A stretch of DNA of 64,000 bases from Mobula hypostoma (taxonomy: Eukaryota). Location: assembly GCF_963921235.1 (NCBI RefSeq), contig NC_086109.1, positions 7,504,001 through 7,568,000 of the forward strand. Reading direction: 5' to 3'. Position 1 is the stretch's first letter. Every line of letters starts with the position of its first letter. Shown one piece after another: positions 48,178 to 61,915 of the stretch. A program made the position numbers and the translations under genes. The notes under the pieces were generated by a model. That model made no database searches, was not told where the DNA came from, and saw only the letters and a program-made list of their open reading frames with translations.

Positions 48178-48984
48178 ATGGACTGAAGCAGCGGTGGCTG
48201 AGGTGGTCGTGACATGTTAAGTTTTAAGAAGCACTGGTAGAACATGGAACAGAGAAAAGTACAGCACAGAACAGGCCCTTCGGCCCACAATGTTGCGCCA
48301 AACTTTTAACCTCTTCCAAGATCAATTTAACCCTTCCCTCCCACACAGCCCACCCAAGGCGGCCACAGTAACAGAGCAGCTAAGTTCAAATTACACTTCC
48401 GATCAAAGCACGTATACATTATACAAGCTTGAGATCCATCTCTTTACAGGCAGCCACAAAACAAGCAGACCCCAAGAGAACCCATTTAAAAAAAAAGACT
48501 GTCAAACACCCAACGTGCAGAGAGAGAAAAAAAACGAATCATTCAAGAACAGCTACTTCCCTTCCAACATTTGATTCTTGAACCAATCAGCACAATCCTA
48601 ATCACAACCTCAGGAAAGTAACACTGTGACCACTTCCATCACTTTGCACTAGAATTGACTTTTTTTTTGTTCTAATTGTGTTCATTTTTGTAAAAATTAG
48701 GTATACTGTATATATTTTAAAAAATTTAGATGTATAACGTGGTAGCAGGAATTTTCAACCCAATGAGCCCATAATGCTAATTACACCCATGTGACCCAAG
48801 TGAGCTGTAGAGAGAGACAACTCCACCATGGAGACTGGTATCCAGGACATCTGCAAGGAGCGATGCCTCAAAAAGGTGGCATCTATCGTTAAGAGCCCCC
48901 ATCACCCAGGACATGCCCTCTTCTCATTGCTACCATTAGGGAGAAGGTATAGGTGTCTGAAGGTACACACTCAAAGATTCAGGA

Positions 48985-49462
48985 ACCATAAGACCATAAA
49001 ACCATCAGACACAGGAGCAGAATTAGGCCATTTGGCCCATCGAGTTTGCTCTGCCATTTCATCATGGCTGATCCAATTTTCCTCTCAGCCCCAATCTCCT
49101 GCCTTCACCCCATCCCTTCATGCCCTGACCTATCAAGAATCTATCAACCTCTGCCTTAAGTATACATAAAGACTGGGCCTCCAGAGCTGCCTGTGGCAAA
49201 GAATTCCACAGGTTCACCACTCTCTGGCTAAATAAATTCCTCCTCATCTATATTCTAAAAGGATGCCCCTCAATTCTGATGCTGTGTCCTGCAGTCTTAG
49301 ACTCTCCCACCAGAGGAAACATCCTCCCCAACATCCACTCCATCAAGGCCTTTCACCATTTGAGAGGTTTCAATGAGATCACCCCTCATTCTTCTGAATT
49401 CCAGTGAGTACAGGCCCAGAGCCATCAAACACTCTTCATATGACAAGTCGCTCAATCCTGGA
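48985..49462 (-). mobile_element. CR1 3' end
   Basis: LGLYSLEFRRMRGDLIET; FSQRVVNLWNSLP. Confidence 0.85.
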
Positions 49463-49809
49463 ACCACGATGGGCACCACAGTAGTGTAGCAGCTAGTGTG
49501 GTGCTTTTGCAGCTCGGGGAGATAGAGTTTGGAGTTCAAGTCCGGCGTCTTCTAGAAGAACATTTGTACGTTCTTGCCGGGGCTGCATATGTTTTCTCCG
49601 AGTGCTCCGGTTTCCTCCCACAGTCCAAAGACGTACCAGTTGGTAGGTCATTATAAATTGCCCTGTGATTAGATTAGGATTAAATTGCGGGGTGGTGTGG
49701 CTTCAAAGGGCCTAGCCCGCAAGGCTTGGTGGTCCAGAAGGGCCTACCCCGCATGGTATGTCAACGAATACATAAATTTACAGCAGCCAGTTTACCAACT
49801 GATCTGCAT

Positions 49810-50356
49810 GTATCTACTGTAAAGATGAAGGCACACTCAGGTTGGAGGAACAACACCTTATATTCCGTCTGGGTAGCCTCCAACCTGATGGCATGAACAT
49901 TGACTTCTCAAACTTCTGCTAATGCCCCACCTCCCCCTCGTACCCCATCCGTTATTTATTTATATACACACATTCTTTTTCTCTCTCTCCTTTTTCTCCC
50001 TCTGTCCCTCTCACTATACCCCTTGCCCATCCTCTGGGTTCACCCCCCCCCGCTTGTCTTTGTCCCTGGACCTCCTGTCCCATGATCCTCTTATATCCCC
50101 TTTGCCAATCACCTGTCCAGCTCTCGGCTCCATCCCTCCCCCTCCTGTCTTCTCCTATCATTTCGGATCTCCCCCTCCCCCTCCCACTTTCAAATCTCTT
50201 ACTCACTCTTCCTTCAGTTAGTCCTGACGAAGGATCTCCGCCCGAAACGTCGACTGTACCTCTTCCTGGAGATGCTGCCTGGCCTGCTGCGTTCACCAGC
50301 AACTTTGATGTGTGTTGCTTGAATTTCCAGCATCTGCAGAATTCCTCGTGTTTGCG
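49810..50356 (+). mobile_element. Penelope-like element 3' end: GIY-YIG C-terminus, tail and hammerhead motif
   Basis: YCKDEGTLRLEEQHLIFRLGSLQPDGMNIDFSNFC*; AGTC-CTGACGA-AGGATCTCCGCCC-GAAA-CGTC-GACT at 50220-50255. Confidence 0.88.
50220..50255 (+). ncRNA. Minimal type I hammerhead ribozyme motif (PLE-associated)
   Basis: CUGACGA and GAAA core boxes; stem I AGUC/GACU; palindromic ACGU in place of stem III; GUC cleavage triplet ending at 50251. Confidence 0.65.
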
Positions 50357-50814
50357 CATGTCTTTTGGGATGTGGGAGCCAGCTGAAATCCACGCAGTTA
50401 TGGGGAGAACGTTCAAACTCCACAGAGACAGCGCCAGAGGTCAGGATGGAGGCCGGGCTTCTTGCGGTGAGAGGCAGTGCCTCTACCAGCTGCGCCACTC
50501 TGCCAGCAGCTGTCAGTCGAGGAGGCGTGATCGTGTGGTCAGAGTCAAGCCAATGACGCTGTGAGAGAGCTAAGCAGCATGAAATGAGCATTGTGCTCTG
50601 CAAACTGCAGTGTGTCAGGTACACCCACAACCAGCTCGTCAGAGTAGCCTTCCAATTACTGCTGCAAGATATTACCATATTCAATTCCAGTCCGATGGTG
50701 ACACCTGCTTGATCAAAGTCAGTCGACTTTAGTGTCATGTGTCTCAGTACCATGCATAAAACAACTTAAACACATTTAAATTTAAACATAAAGAACAAAA
50801 TTAGAACAAACTTG

Positions 50815-51276
50815 ACCTAAATGATAGGGCACTGAGGAGTGCGGTGGAACAAAGGGATCTGGGAATACAGGTCCATAATTCATTGAAAGTGGCGTCACAG
50901 GTGGATAGGGTCGTAAAGAAAACTTTTGGCACAATGGCCTTCAGAAATCAAAGTATTGAGTTCAGTACATGGGATGTTATGTTGAAGTTGTGTAAGACAT
51001 TGGTGAGGCCTAATTTGGAGTATTATTTGTCGTTTTGGTCATCCACCTACAGGAAAGACATGAACAATGTTGAAAGAGTACAGAGAAAATTTACAAGCAT
51101 GTTGCCGGCTCTGGAGGACCTGAGTTATAAGGAAAGACTGAATAAGTTAGGATTTTGTTCCTTGGAAGGTAGAAGATTGAGGGGAGATTCGACGGAGGTA
51201 TGCAAATTTATGAGGGGTATAGATAGGGCAAATGCAAGAGGTTAGTTGGGACTACTAATAGAGGTTATGGGTTAAG
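50815..51276 (+). mobile_element. CR1 3' ORF fragment
   Basis: QRDLGIQVHNSLKV...KTLVRPNLEY. Confidence 0.85.
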
Positions 51277-52443
51277 AACCGTTTCTTCTGACAGGAGATG
51301 GGGCAAAGGTGGGTTACTGGTGCTTTAAAACCAGTTGCATCTAGAAGAAGGAAAACTCTGATCTCAAACCTCCACTGCCTTGTGGCTATACCCACTCATG
51401 GGGAAGACTTCAGTAGTAAATGCTGAATAAAACTCCAGAGCTGGAGTTCCTAAGGCAGTCCCATGTTGAGTTCAACACCGACTGGCAATTCCCGCAACGC
51501 TGCCGGTTCCAAACTGTATCGGTCTCCGCCTTTCCTTTGGATTCATCGCCTGAGTGGAGAGGGGCAGTCTGCCACGTGGGAAGAGCTAGCTGTCCAGGAC
51601 ACTGTCCTGGCTTGTGTACTGACTTGCGTATTACAGACCAGCTAGGGTGCAACATCAAGGAGGACTCCGACCAACGCAGGCCCTCAAAATCCGTCACCGT
51701 ACGCAATCCTGAGATCCGTTTTCTTGTGGGCATTCTCTGTAAATCCAAGAAACACAACTGAATCGATGAAAGGGCGCACCCAACAGAACAGACAACAACC
51801 AAAAGACAAAAAACTGTGCGAATACAAAATGAAACAAAAACAAAATAATAATAAAAATAAGTAAACAATGAAAATTGAGAAAATGAATTATAGAGTCCTC
51901 GAAAGTGAGTCAACAGGTTGTGGGAACAGTTTTTTTTATTTTATTGAGATACCAGCAACTCCCCGATTTAATTTAAACCCAATCTTAGGCAATTTACAAT
52001 GACCAATGAACCTACCAACTGGTACGTCTTGGGACTGTGGGAGGAAACCGGAGCACCCAGAGGAAACCCACGTGGTCATGGAGAGATCTTACAGGCAGTG
52101 GCTGGATTTGAACCCTGGTCGCCTGTACTGTAAAGCGTTGTGCTAACCACTACGCTACCGTGCCACCCTAGTTCAGTGATGGGGCAAGTGAAGATGAATA
52201 ACTTCAAGAAGCTCTGTTTCAAGGTTGTTGGGTAATCATCATCAGGGACCCCCACCACTAATTTCATGTGCTCTCTTCTTACTGTTACCATCAGGAAAAA
52301 GGCCCAGGAGCCTCAGGACTCACACTACCTTGTTCAGAAACAGTTATTACCTCTCAACCATCAAGTTCATGAACGAGTGGAATTAACTTCACTCAACTTC
52401 ACTCACCCCTTACATCAATAACATGAATAATAATAATAATAAT

Positions 52444-54105
52444 ATGTTTTCGTCCAATTTGAGGCCGCTCTCTAATTTACCGTACAGAATCAGACAAAAA
52501 CAGGGTATCAAATCAGAGACAACCAAATGAGTTGTACCCAGACACATCTTCTATACATGCACCATTTGAAATGATATAGTCCTTCATCAGTAAAGCTAAA
52601 GCAAATAATTTAAATAGTCGAACTATTTTTGAAAGATATGAACACAAACTTGGTCAGACTAGATAAGTGCAAAACATTAAAAATAAAGAAAGGTGCAATA
52701 GAGCTAGTAGAACACAAAACAGAGCAGCAGGATACAACACAACCGATGGATGAAAATGAAATATATAAGAATCTGGGATACCAACAAGCAAATGAAATCG
52801 TTCATAGTGTGATAAAGGGAAAACTTTCGACAGAATTTACTTCAAGGCTTAGGAAAATCTGCCAAATAGAGCTCAATGGTATAACATATAACAAAGAGAA
52901 TAAACAGCTTTGCTGTACCTATATTAACATATTCTTTAGCATAATATCTTGGTCCAAATCCAATCTGGAAATTTTACAAAGAAAAATAAGAAGTGAACTA
53001 ACAAATTTTAGAAAACACTATGATCCTCCAACGCACTCAGATGAACACTACCTAAGACAGAAGGAGGAAGAGGAATAACAGACAAATAAATTTACACAAC
53101 AGTCAGATAAAACTTCTCAGGGTATATTTTCATCAACAAAAACAGGATTCAACACACCACGCAAGCATAAGCAATTCTGATAAGAAGTTCACACCACTAA
53201 ACTTAAGTGAAAACACAAGCCAGAAAAATGAAGAAATTATCATTGTTGAAGAAAAAGTTAACCAATGGAAGAGCATGACTCTCCATGGAAGAAGTCCCCG
53301 CGGTCTGAGCAGACTAGATGTTGAGAAGGAAGTGTCGAATCGCTAGCTCAGATTTGGAGACTTCCTTCCCAGAAACAGAAAGGTTCCTTGTGGAATACAG
53401 GACCACATGGTTAAGACAAAAAAATTTATCAAAAATTTGTAATGAAAGACCAACAAATTCAAGATGACAAATGTAGAAAATGCCGAGAGAAACCGGAAAC
53501 AATCCAGCACATTACAGGATCCTGCACCAGTTTAACCCAATCTGATTACTTACACAAGCACAATAAAATGGCAAACATCATCCATCAAAATCTTGCTTTA
53601 AAATATAAACTCATAAAAGAAACCATATCTTACTATAAGTACAAGCCTGACACAGCTTTAGAGACAGAATCCAAAAATTTTATGACCAATCCATTAATAC
53701 AGATAGGATAATCCATAATAATTGTCTGAATATAATATTACAGGATAAACAAGCCAGAACAACTTACTTAATAGACATAGCCATTCCAAACTCCTATAAC
53801 ATACAGAAATCAATCAGTGAAAAACACCAGAAATATGCTGAATTAAAAGAGGAAATTGAAAGACTATGGAATATGAACGGGGTGTACATTGTCCCAATAG
53901 TAATACCTACAACTGGTATCATCCCAAAGGCACTACACAATAGTATTAAACAATTAGGACTACACGGCAACATTTAATCTCAAGAAAGCCACACTATTAA
54001 ACACCACTAGAATCATCTGAAAGTTCCTAGCAATTGAGAAATGACTGTGCCTGGCTATGCCCATACCTCAGGTTTTACCAGCTTGAGCTAAGGAAAAAAC
54101 AAACA
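52444..54105 (+). mobile_element. R4/Dong-clade non-LTR retrotransposon (RT C-terminus, CCHC motif, restriction-like endonuclease), 5'-truncated, between (TAA)n tracts
   Basis: THLLYMHHLK (decayed YMDD); CRKC...ETIQHITGSC; HNN[CLN, CpG-decayed RPD]IIL...LIDIAIP...EKHQKY...IVPIVI..TGIIP; TAA repeats at 52426-52443 and 54111-54120. Confidence 0.85.
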
Positions 54106-54399
54106 TATTATAATAATAATTTTCTCTCTTTTATATTTGCACAGTATGTTGCCTTTTGCATCTTGGTTGTTTGTCCACCTTGATGGGTGCGGTTTTTCAT
54201 TGATTCTATTATGGTTCTAGGATTTACTGAGTATCCCTGCAAGGAAATGAATCTCAGGGTTGTATCTGGTGAGATATATGTATTTTGATAACAAGGTAAT
54301 GGCAGTTCCATGCTGGACCTAGGTCAGTACCTGTGAAATGATAAAACTGAGGAATGTAAAGTTACTGGCTCTCTCCTCCTCTGATCCCCCATTAAAGGC

Positions 54400-55045
54400 T
54401 TGCCCATGGTCCTCCAGTTGCTTCATCCTGAAGTTAATAATCAGCTCCTTGGTCTTGCTAACATTGTAGCACCACTCAGACAGATTCTCACTCTCCCTCC
54501 TACATGCTGATTCATTTCCACCTTTGATTTGGCCGGTGACAGTGGTGTCATCAGCAAACTTGCAAGGGCATTGGAGCTGTGCTTAGCCTCACAGTCGTAA
54601 GTATTACGCAATTAGAGCAGGGGAATAAGCACACAGCCCTGTGCAGATGGAGATTGTCGAGGAGATGTTGCTGCCAATCTGAAATGACTGGACTCCAGCA
54701 AGTGAGAAAATCAAGGATCCAGTTGCCCAAGGAGGCGTTGATGCCTGTAGCTGTGCTTGGAAATGAAATGGGACTTCAGGCTTCTGTACCTCTTGCCCAA
54801 TGGTATCTGCGAAAAGATGGCATGACCCATCGGTAGGGATCTTTGATAACGAATGTTGCCTTCTTGAAGCGACATCTCCTGTAGATTCTACCGATGGTGG
54901 AGTCGGATGTGCCCGTAATGTATTGGGCTGAGTCCACCAATCTCTGCAGCTTCTTACGATCCTGTGCATTTGAACTTCTGTACAAGACCATGATGCAACC
55001 AGTCAGGATACTTTCTACAGTACATCTGTAGAAGTTTGTCAGAGG
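54400..55045 (-). mobile_element. Two decayed Rex1/Babar-type fragments
   Basis: KFADDTTV at about 54540-54562; AQDRKKLQRLVDSAQYITG at about 54900-54990. Confidence 0.7.
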
Positions 55046-55869
55046 GCTGAAGTGCGTGCTTCATTAGCCTCGCCCACATCCCACACATGAATCAAAATAA
55101 ATCGACTCCTAGCCTCCTGATCTTGCCCTTTATAACAGTTTTCTTTTCTGCAACTGCTACCTTGGTGAGTCACTGGATGAAATTGCCAACATGTGCCAGG
55201 GTACAGGCGTCACGCTGAGAGATCCATCTAAATATCTTTCATACAAACATCAAGAAAAGAGAAGAAGTAATCAGCATGTTCCTGACTTTAACACAAAATG
55301 CAAGGACCATACAGCAGTAATCTGATGGTCCGCTTCTCTCCGTAAGAACCAAACAATTTGAACTATCCATCTGAGAAATTAGATAAATGACTTCCGTGGA
55401 GGAAGGGGTGGAATTAAATTATATCTAATCATGGACCAGTTATTCCAGAAGAACTAGACCAATTGCATGTTGCAGAGTGTATCATTAGATCTCAGCAAGA
55501 TGTACTGTAATAGCATAATTAGTGTGTTCTCTCTCTCTCCGCAAGCCTTCTGTCTTGAATTGGCGTGACTATTATTACAAATTAAAAATTAATTTTCATT
55601 ATGTTAGATGCAAAAAAAATGATCTCCCGGGTATTCATAAACAAAACTGTATTTATAGTTTTAAGATCTAGATATACAGTAGATTCCTTTAGTTCAGTTA
55701 GTTGTTGAGGAAAGAATATTGATGGTGAATAAATAACAACTAGAGATGTGGACTGTGTTAATGTGGTAACAGGAAACCACAGACAACACCTGCCTAGGTG
55801 TAAACTCATGGAATGCAGCAGTGAGGACACGCAGTTTCAGGAACTTCACTAATTGTACGATCCTTGCAC

Positions 55870-56297
55870 CCATTATTGTCTAAGAAAGGATGTGCTGACG
55901 TTGGAGAGGGGTTCTAAGGAGGTTCATGAAAATGATTCTGGATTGAAAGGATTATCATATGAAGAGCGTTTGATTGTTTTGGGCCTGTTCTCACTGGAAT
56001 TCAGAAAAATGATGGGGTGTCTCATTGAACCCTTTCAAATGCTGATAGAGTGGATGTGGAGATAATGTTTCCTATGGTGGGGAAGTCTAAGACCAGAGGA
56101 CACAGCCTCAGAGTAGAAGGGAGTCCATTTAGAATGATGAGGAGGAATTAGTTTAGCCAGAGAGTGGTGAACCTGTAGAATTCGTTGCCACAGGTGTCCA
56201 TGGAGGCCAAGTCATTGGGTATTTTAAAGGCAGAGGTCGATAGATTCTTGATTAGGTAGGGCATGAAATAATAAGGGGAGAAGGCAGGAGATTGAAG
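55870..56297 (+). mobile_element. CR1 3' fragment
   Basis: LRKDVLTLERG...LGLFSLEFRKMMG. Confidence 0.8.
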
Positions 56298-57362
56298 CAG
56301 TCCGATATCCACTCTTGCCTCTCTTTTACACTTTATATACCTGAAGAAACTTCTGGTATCCTCTTTAATGTCATTGGCTAGCTTACTTTTGTATTCCATC
56401 TTTACCTCTTCATGACTTCTTGAGTTGCCTTCTGTTGGTTTTTAAAAGGTTCCTAATCCTCTAATATGCCACTAATTTTCGCTCTATTATATGTCCTTTC
56501 TTTAGCTTTTATGTTGGCTTTGCCTTCTCTTGTTAAGCATCTTTCCTTTAGGATACTTCTTCCTCTCTGGGATGTATATATCTTGTGCCTTCCGAATGGC
56601 TTCCAGAAATTCCAGCCATTGCCGTCATCCCTGCCAGTGTTCTTTTCCAATCAATTCTGGCCAACTTCTCTCCCATGCCTCTGTAATTCCCTCTGCTCCA
56701 CTGTAATACTGATATATCTGACTTTGGCTTCTCCTCAATTTCAGGGTAAATTTGACCATATTATGATTACTTCCCCTGAGGGTTCTTGTTCTTTTACCTT
56801 AAACTCGCCAATCAATTCTGGTTCATTGCACAACATTCAATCCAGAATAGCTGATCCTCTTGTGGGCTCAGCCATGAGCTGCTCTAAAAAGCCATTTCAT
56901 AAGCACTCTAGAAGCTCCCCCCCCTGGAATACAGCACCAACTTGATTTTCTCAATCTACTTGCATATTGAAGACCCCCATGTCTATTATAACATTGTCCT
57001 TTTGACATGCATTTTCTATCTCCCATTGTCATTTGTAAGCCAAATCCTTACTACTGTTTGGGGATCTGTATACAACTTCCATCAGGGTATTTTTACCCTT
57101 GCAGTTCCTTAGCTCTATCTACAACGATTCAACGCCTTCTGAACCTAGGTCATCTCTTTCTAATGATTTGATTTCATTTTTTACCAACACAGCGACGCTG
57201 TCCCTTCTGCCTTCCTGCCTGTCCTTTCGATACAACGTGTATCCTTGGACATTAGGCTCCTAGCTACAATCTTCTTTCAGCCATGATTCAGTGATGCCTA
57301 TAACATCATGCATGCTAATCTGCAACTGTGCTGCAAGTTCATCTGCCTTATTCCGTATACTG
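56298..57362 (-). mobile_element. CR1 endonuclease/linker region, decayed
   Basis: KLANDIKEDTRSFFRYIK; colinear with 2230-3290. Confidence 0.8.
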
Positions 57363-57709
57363 CATCATCGCTCCTTGAAGATGTCGTGGGTGCTGGTGAG
57401 GCTAGCGGCCATGGTGGTATAAATGCATCACGTAAACCAATCCTGCACTTGATCTGCAGATTTCTGTGACTTGTTTCCACGTGGTATCCCTTCATGTCTC
57501 AAAGATTTTCCCCAAGAAAGTGGTACAGAACGGTCAAAACACAGTACAATGTTGAGGTTGGATATAACACTCAGCCTCCATCAGAATGGGTAGTGGGTGC
57601 CACCGATCTTGACACTGAGAGTCCCCGAGATATTTCTTCCTGTACCAAGAGCAACAATTAATGCTTCTAAGTAAGCACATCCCACAAGAGCAAGGTGTAA
57701 TTAGAAACG

Positions 57710-57830
57710 CCAGCAGAATTTGGTTTTACTCACTGAATACACTGAAGTTGGGAGTTCAAGCAGAATTCCGTTTTACTAACTGAATACACTGACAATGGGA
57801 GTTCAAGCACAATAACTGAATACACTGAAG
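57710..57830. repeat. Short diverged tandem repeat, about 47-bp unit containing ACTGAATACACTGA three times
   Basis: Direct inspection. Confidence 0.8.
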
Positions 57831-58794
57831 ATGTAGAAGGAAGGTTCTACATCATGAAGTTAAAACTGCCCAGCACATCACAGGAACCAGCCTACCTACC
57901 ATCAAGGAAATGACCATAAGATACATATACAGAAAAGGGCCAGAAACGTCATGAAGGATCCCACTCACCTTGCTCATTTTTTTAATTGAGATACAGGGAG
58001 GGTTTGGGCCCTTCAAGACGCACCACACAGCAATCCACCAACTTAATCCCAGCCTAATCTCGGGACAATTTACAATGACCAATTAACCTACCGACAGGTA
58101 CGCCTTTGGACCGTGGGAGGAAACCGGAGCACCTGGAGGAAACCCACGCGGTTACGGGGAAAACGCACAAAAATCCTTACAGGCAGTGGCGGGAATTGAA
58201 CCCAAGGCACTGGTACTGTAAAGCACTGTGCTAACCACTACACTGCTATCCCAGTCCCATCAGGGAGGAGGCTACATCGCATCTACGCCAGGACCAGCAG
58301 ACTCAAAAACAGTGACTTCCCCCAAGCAGTAAGGCTAACCAACACCTCCACCCACAAACCCACCCCTCCACACCCCCAACCACCACTATTTTACCGTTTC
58401 CTGTCAGTCACCTTGTGAACGGACATGCATGTGCCTAGCATCACATTACGGACATACAATCAATCTAGGTATATAAGCTATCTTACACAATTATATTTAT
58501 TGTGTTTTTTATTATTGTTGTGTTCTTTATCTTATTGTAATTTTTTTGGGCAGCTGCGGATCTAGAGTAACAATTATTTCAAAGTTCAAAGTGAAATTTA
58601 TTATTAGAGTATACGCATGTCACCATATAAACTCTGAGTTTCTTTTTCTGTGGGTATACTTAGCAAATCTATAGAAGAGTATAAACTGTATACATCAGAA
58701 ACTGGTTACCGTAAATAAACTGTGCAACTGCAGATATAAATAAATAGCAATAAGTAACGAGCTTGAAATAACAGGACGAAGGAGTCCTTAAGTT

Positions 58795-59155
58795 AAAGTA
58801 GATACTTACTTTTGTTCAAGAGCCTGCTGGGTGACGGGTAGTAACTTTTCTTGAACTTGGTAGTGTTAGTCCTGAGGCTCCTGTACCTTCTACCTGATGG
58901 CAGCAGTGAGAAAAGAGCATGGCCTGGGTGGTGAGGATCTTTGATGATGGATGCTGCTTTTCTACGGCAACATTTCATGTAGATGTGCTTGGTGATTGGG
59001 AGGGTTTTACCCCATGACATACTGGGCCGAATCCACTACCTTTTGAAGGATTTTCCGTTCAACGGCGTTGGTGCTGCCATACCAGGCTGTAATGCAGCCA
59101 GTCAGCACACTTTCTACCACACAGCTATAGAAACTTGCTAAGGTTTTTGATGACA
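58795..59155 (-). mobile_element. Rex1/Babar-type 3' ORF fragment
   Basis: KAASIIKDPHHPGHALFSLLPSGRRYRSL. Confidence 0.8.
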
Positions 59156-59859
59156 AATCTCCTATTTCATTCTCCTTTGTGTACTGGAAATGACATTAAA
59201 CAATCTTGAGTCTTGAATCTTGAATCAAAGCAAGCCTAGAGTTCAATAGTTCAATAGTGCAAAAGATTAATTTAATATCACAAAAATGTATGTAATATAC
59301 ATCCTGCAATTCTTTTTCTTCACGGACATCTACAAAAACAGAACAGTGCCCCAAAGAATGAGTGACAGCTACTAATCTTCTCTTTCATTTCAAATATCCA
59401 TCTACTGCTGATTTGCCCTTAAAACAGCAATATTTGTGAGTCTCAAGCTTCCTTAACAATGGTAAACATTTAGTAGATGTACTTTGAATCAGGGCCTGGA
59501 GCGAGTAGGTGGGTGGTGTGGTCTAGGCTATGAAGACTGCCCCGGCTGCTGTGCTCCATGCCCGCTGATATGATGAACTGATAGTGAGGCTTTGGGCCTA
59601 CTCCAGACTGTTTCGGGATTCAAATCTGAAGAATTAATTTTGCTGTTATTTGCTACAATAGTTTGCATAATTTGTATTTTCTTTTCTTTCTCTTGCACTT
59701 CGAGTGTTGGTCTTTTACTTTTATTTTTATTCCTTTTTCTTTAATTTCAGGTTTCTTGCTCTGTGGCTACCTGTGAGCAGGCAAATCTCAAGGCTGTATA
59801 ATTTGTACATTCTTTGATAACAAACGTACTTGAATCTTGAATCCTGAAGGAAGTGACCG

Positions 59860-60800
59860 TAAGACCATAAGACCATAAGACAAAGGAGCAGAAGTAGGCT
59901 ATTCGGCCCATTGAGTCTGCTCCGCCATTTTATCATGAGCTGATCCATTCTCCCATTTAGTCCCACTCCCCCGCCTTCTCACCATAACCTTTGATGCCCT
60001 GGCTACTCAGATACCTATCAATCTCTGCCTTAAATACACCCAATGACTTGGCCTCCACTGCTGCCCGTGGCAACAAATTCCATAGATTCACCACCCTTTG
60101 ACTAAAAAAATTTCTTCGCATTTCTGTTCTGAATGGGCGCCCTTCAATCCTTAAGTCATGCTCTCTCGTACCAGACTCCCCCATCATGGGAAACAACTTT
60201 GCCACATCCACTCTGTCCATGCCTTTTAACATTCAAAATGTTCCTATGAGGTCTCCCCTCATTCTTCTAAACTCCAAGGAATACAGTCCAAGAGCGGACA
60301 AACGTTCCTCATATGTTAACCCACTCATTCCCGGAATCATTCTAGTGAATCTTCTCTGTACTCTCTCCAACGTCAGCACATCCTTTCTTAAATAAGGAGA
60401 CCAAAACTGCCCACAGTACTCCAAGTGAGGTCTCACCAGCACCTTATAGAGCCTCAACATCACATCCCTGCTCCTATACTCTATTCCTCTAGGAATGAAT
60501 GCCAACATTGCATTCGCCTTCTTCACTACTGACTCAACCTGGAGGTTAACTTTAAGGGAATCCTGTACGAGGACTCCCAAGTCCCGTTGCATCTCAGAAC
60601 TTTGAATTCTTTCCCCATTTAAATAATAGTCTGCCCGTTTACTTTTTCTGCCAAAGTGCATAACCATACACTTTCCAACATTGTACTTCATTTGCCACTT
60701 CTCTGCCCATTCTTCCAATCTATCCAAGTCTCTCTGCAGACTCTCCGTTTCCTCAGCACTACCGGCCCCTCCACCTATCTTCGTATCGTCAGCAAACTTA
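59860..60800 (-). mobile_element. Young CR1, 5'-truncated at KFADD, same subfamily as 2090-5072
   Basis: [35 protein letters not shown]..., nearly identical to 4128-5068; same tail. Confidence 0.95.
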
Positions 60801-61149
60801 GTGCTATGTTTATCGTTCATCGCTTTTAAGCCATCATTGTGCCACAAGTTTGCTCTAGTCCACGGCACAGCTATAGAATGTTATCATGTATGTTATCCTT
60901 CTCTAGTGCTGATCATCTGAATTATCAATAGTATTTGTATATTCAAGCACACAACAATTCTGTATTGAATCTAATATGTGCTTTACTTAACTTCCTGCAG
61001 TTTCACAAAGTTTCCTCTTTAGAAAACCCTTAAGAAAGCTTACAACTCAGGTGATGTTTGAGAATGTGCTTAACTCTCTGCCTAGCTTTGTACACATTGC
61101 ACTATGAGGGCGATAGAATCCTTCCACTTAAATCACATTTATTCCCCTT

Positions 61150-61295
61150 TCTGATGTGTGGTCTGAACAACTGAACCTCTTGACCATGTCTGCATGCTTT
61201 TATGTATTGAGCTGCTGCCACGTGACTGGCTGATTAGATATTTGTCTTAATGAGCAGGTGTACCGATATACCTAATAAAGTGGCCACTGGAGTGT
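61150..61295 (-). mobile_element. Tc1-derived element left-end fragment
   Basis: CCTAATAAAGTGGCCACTGGAGTG followed by TA. Confidence 0.7.
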
Positions 61296-61547
61296 ATGTC
61301 TCGTGGGATTTGTTGTTTTGCAGCAGCAGTACAGTGCAAAGTCCTATCTTGTCCGACCTCTCTCTATAACAGATAACAGATTACAAGGAAGTAATTTGCG
61401 GATCAGAAATTATGGTATTCCTTTGAGACATGGCCTTGACTCAGTAAACCGAGATGGCTTGCTTTATTATAGGAAAATACAAAAAGAAATAATTGCTGAG
61501 GAGTTTTTGGAATATTGTGTTCAGTTTTGGTCAAACTACTGTTGGAA

Positions 61548-61915
61548 GGTGGGTGGCGGGGTGGAGATACGTCTCTACCAAGGGAAGTGTAAGATGCTCC
61601 TTCCCTCTGCCAGCCTGCAGGTCACCCTTGGGTAAGGTGTAGCACCTGCTTAGCCCCCGATCAGGGTTATGTGAAGCCATGGGAGCATGGAGCAGCTGGT
61701 GCAGATCACGTCCTGGTTATGCGACCGCTGACACCAGGCAGGCAATCTCTGAAGAGTATTGATAATGGCTGGGGTCACCCATCTTGTAAAGACACTGCCC
61801 AGAAGAAGGCAATGGCAAACCACTTCTGCTGAAACATTTGCCAAGAACAATCATGGTCATGGAAAGACCATGATCGCTCACGTGAAATGACACAGCACAT
61901 AATGATGGTGATGAC
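61548..61915 (+). mobile_element. RTE-derived short element, same family as 7411-7930
   Basis: Colinear match including AGAAGAAGGCAATGGCAAACCACTTCTG. Confidence 0.8.

Noticed and set aside
55139..55164. 26-nt exon candidate with a GTGAGT donor
   Set aside because: The putative exon is itself a pyrimidine tract and gives no recognisable peptide.
55870..57362. Twin-priming CR1 inversion
   Set aside because: The order and orientation of the pieces do not fit twin priming and the poly-repeat tail is missing; two fragments joined by deletion is simpler.
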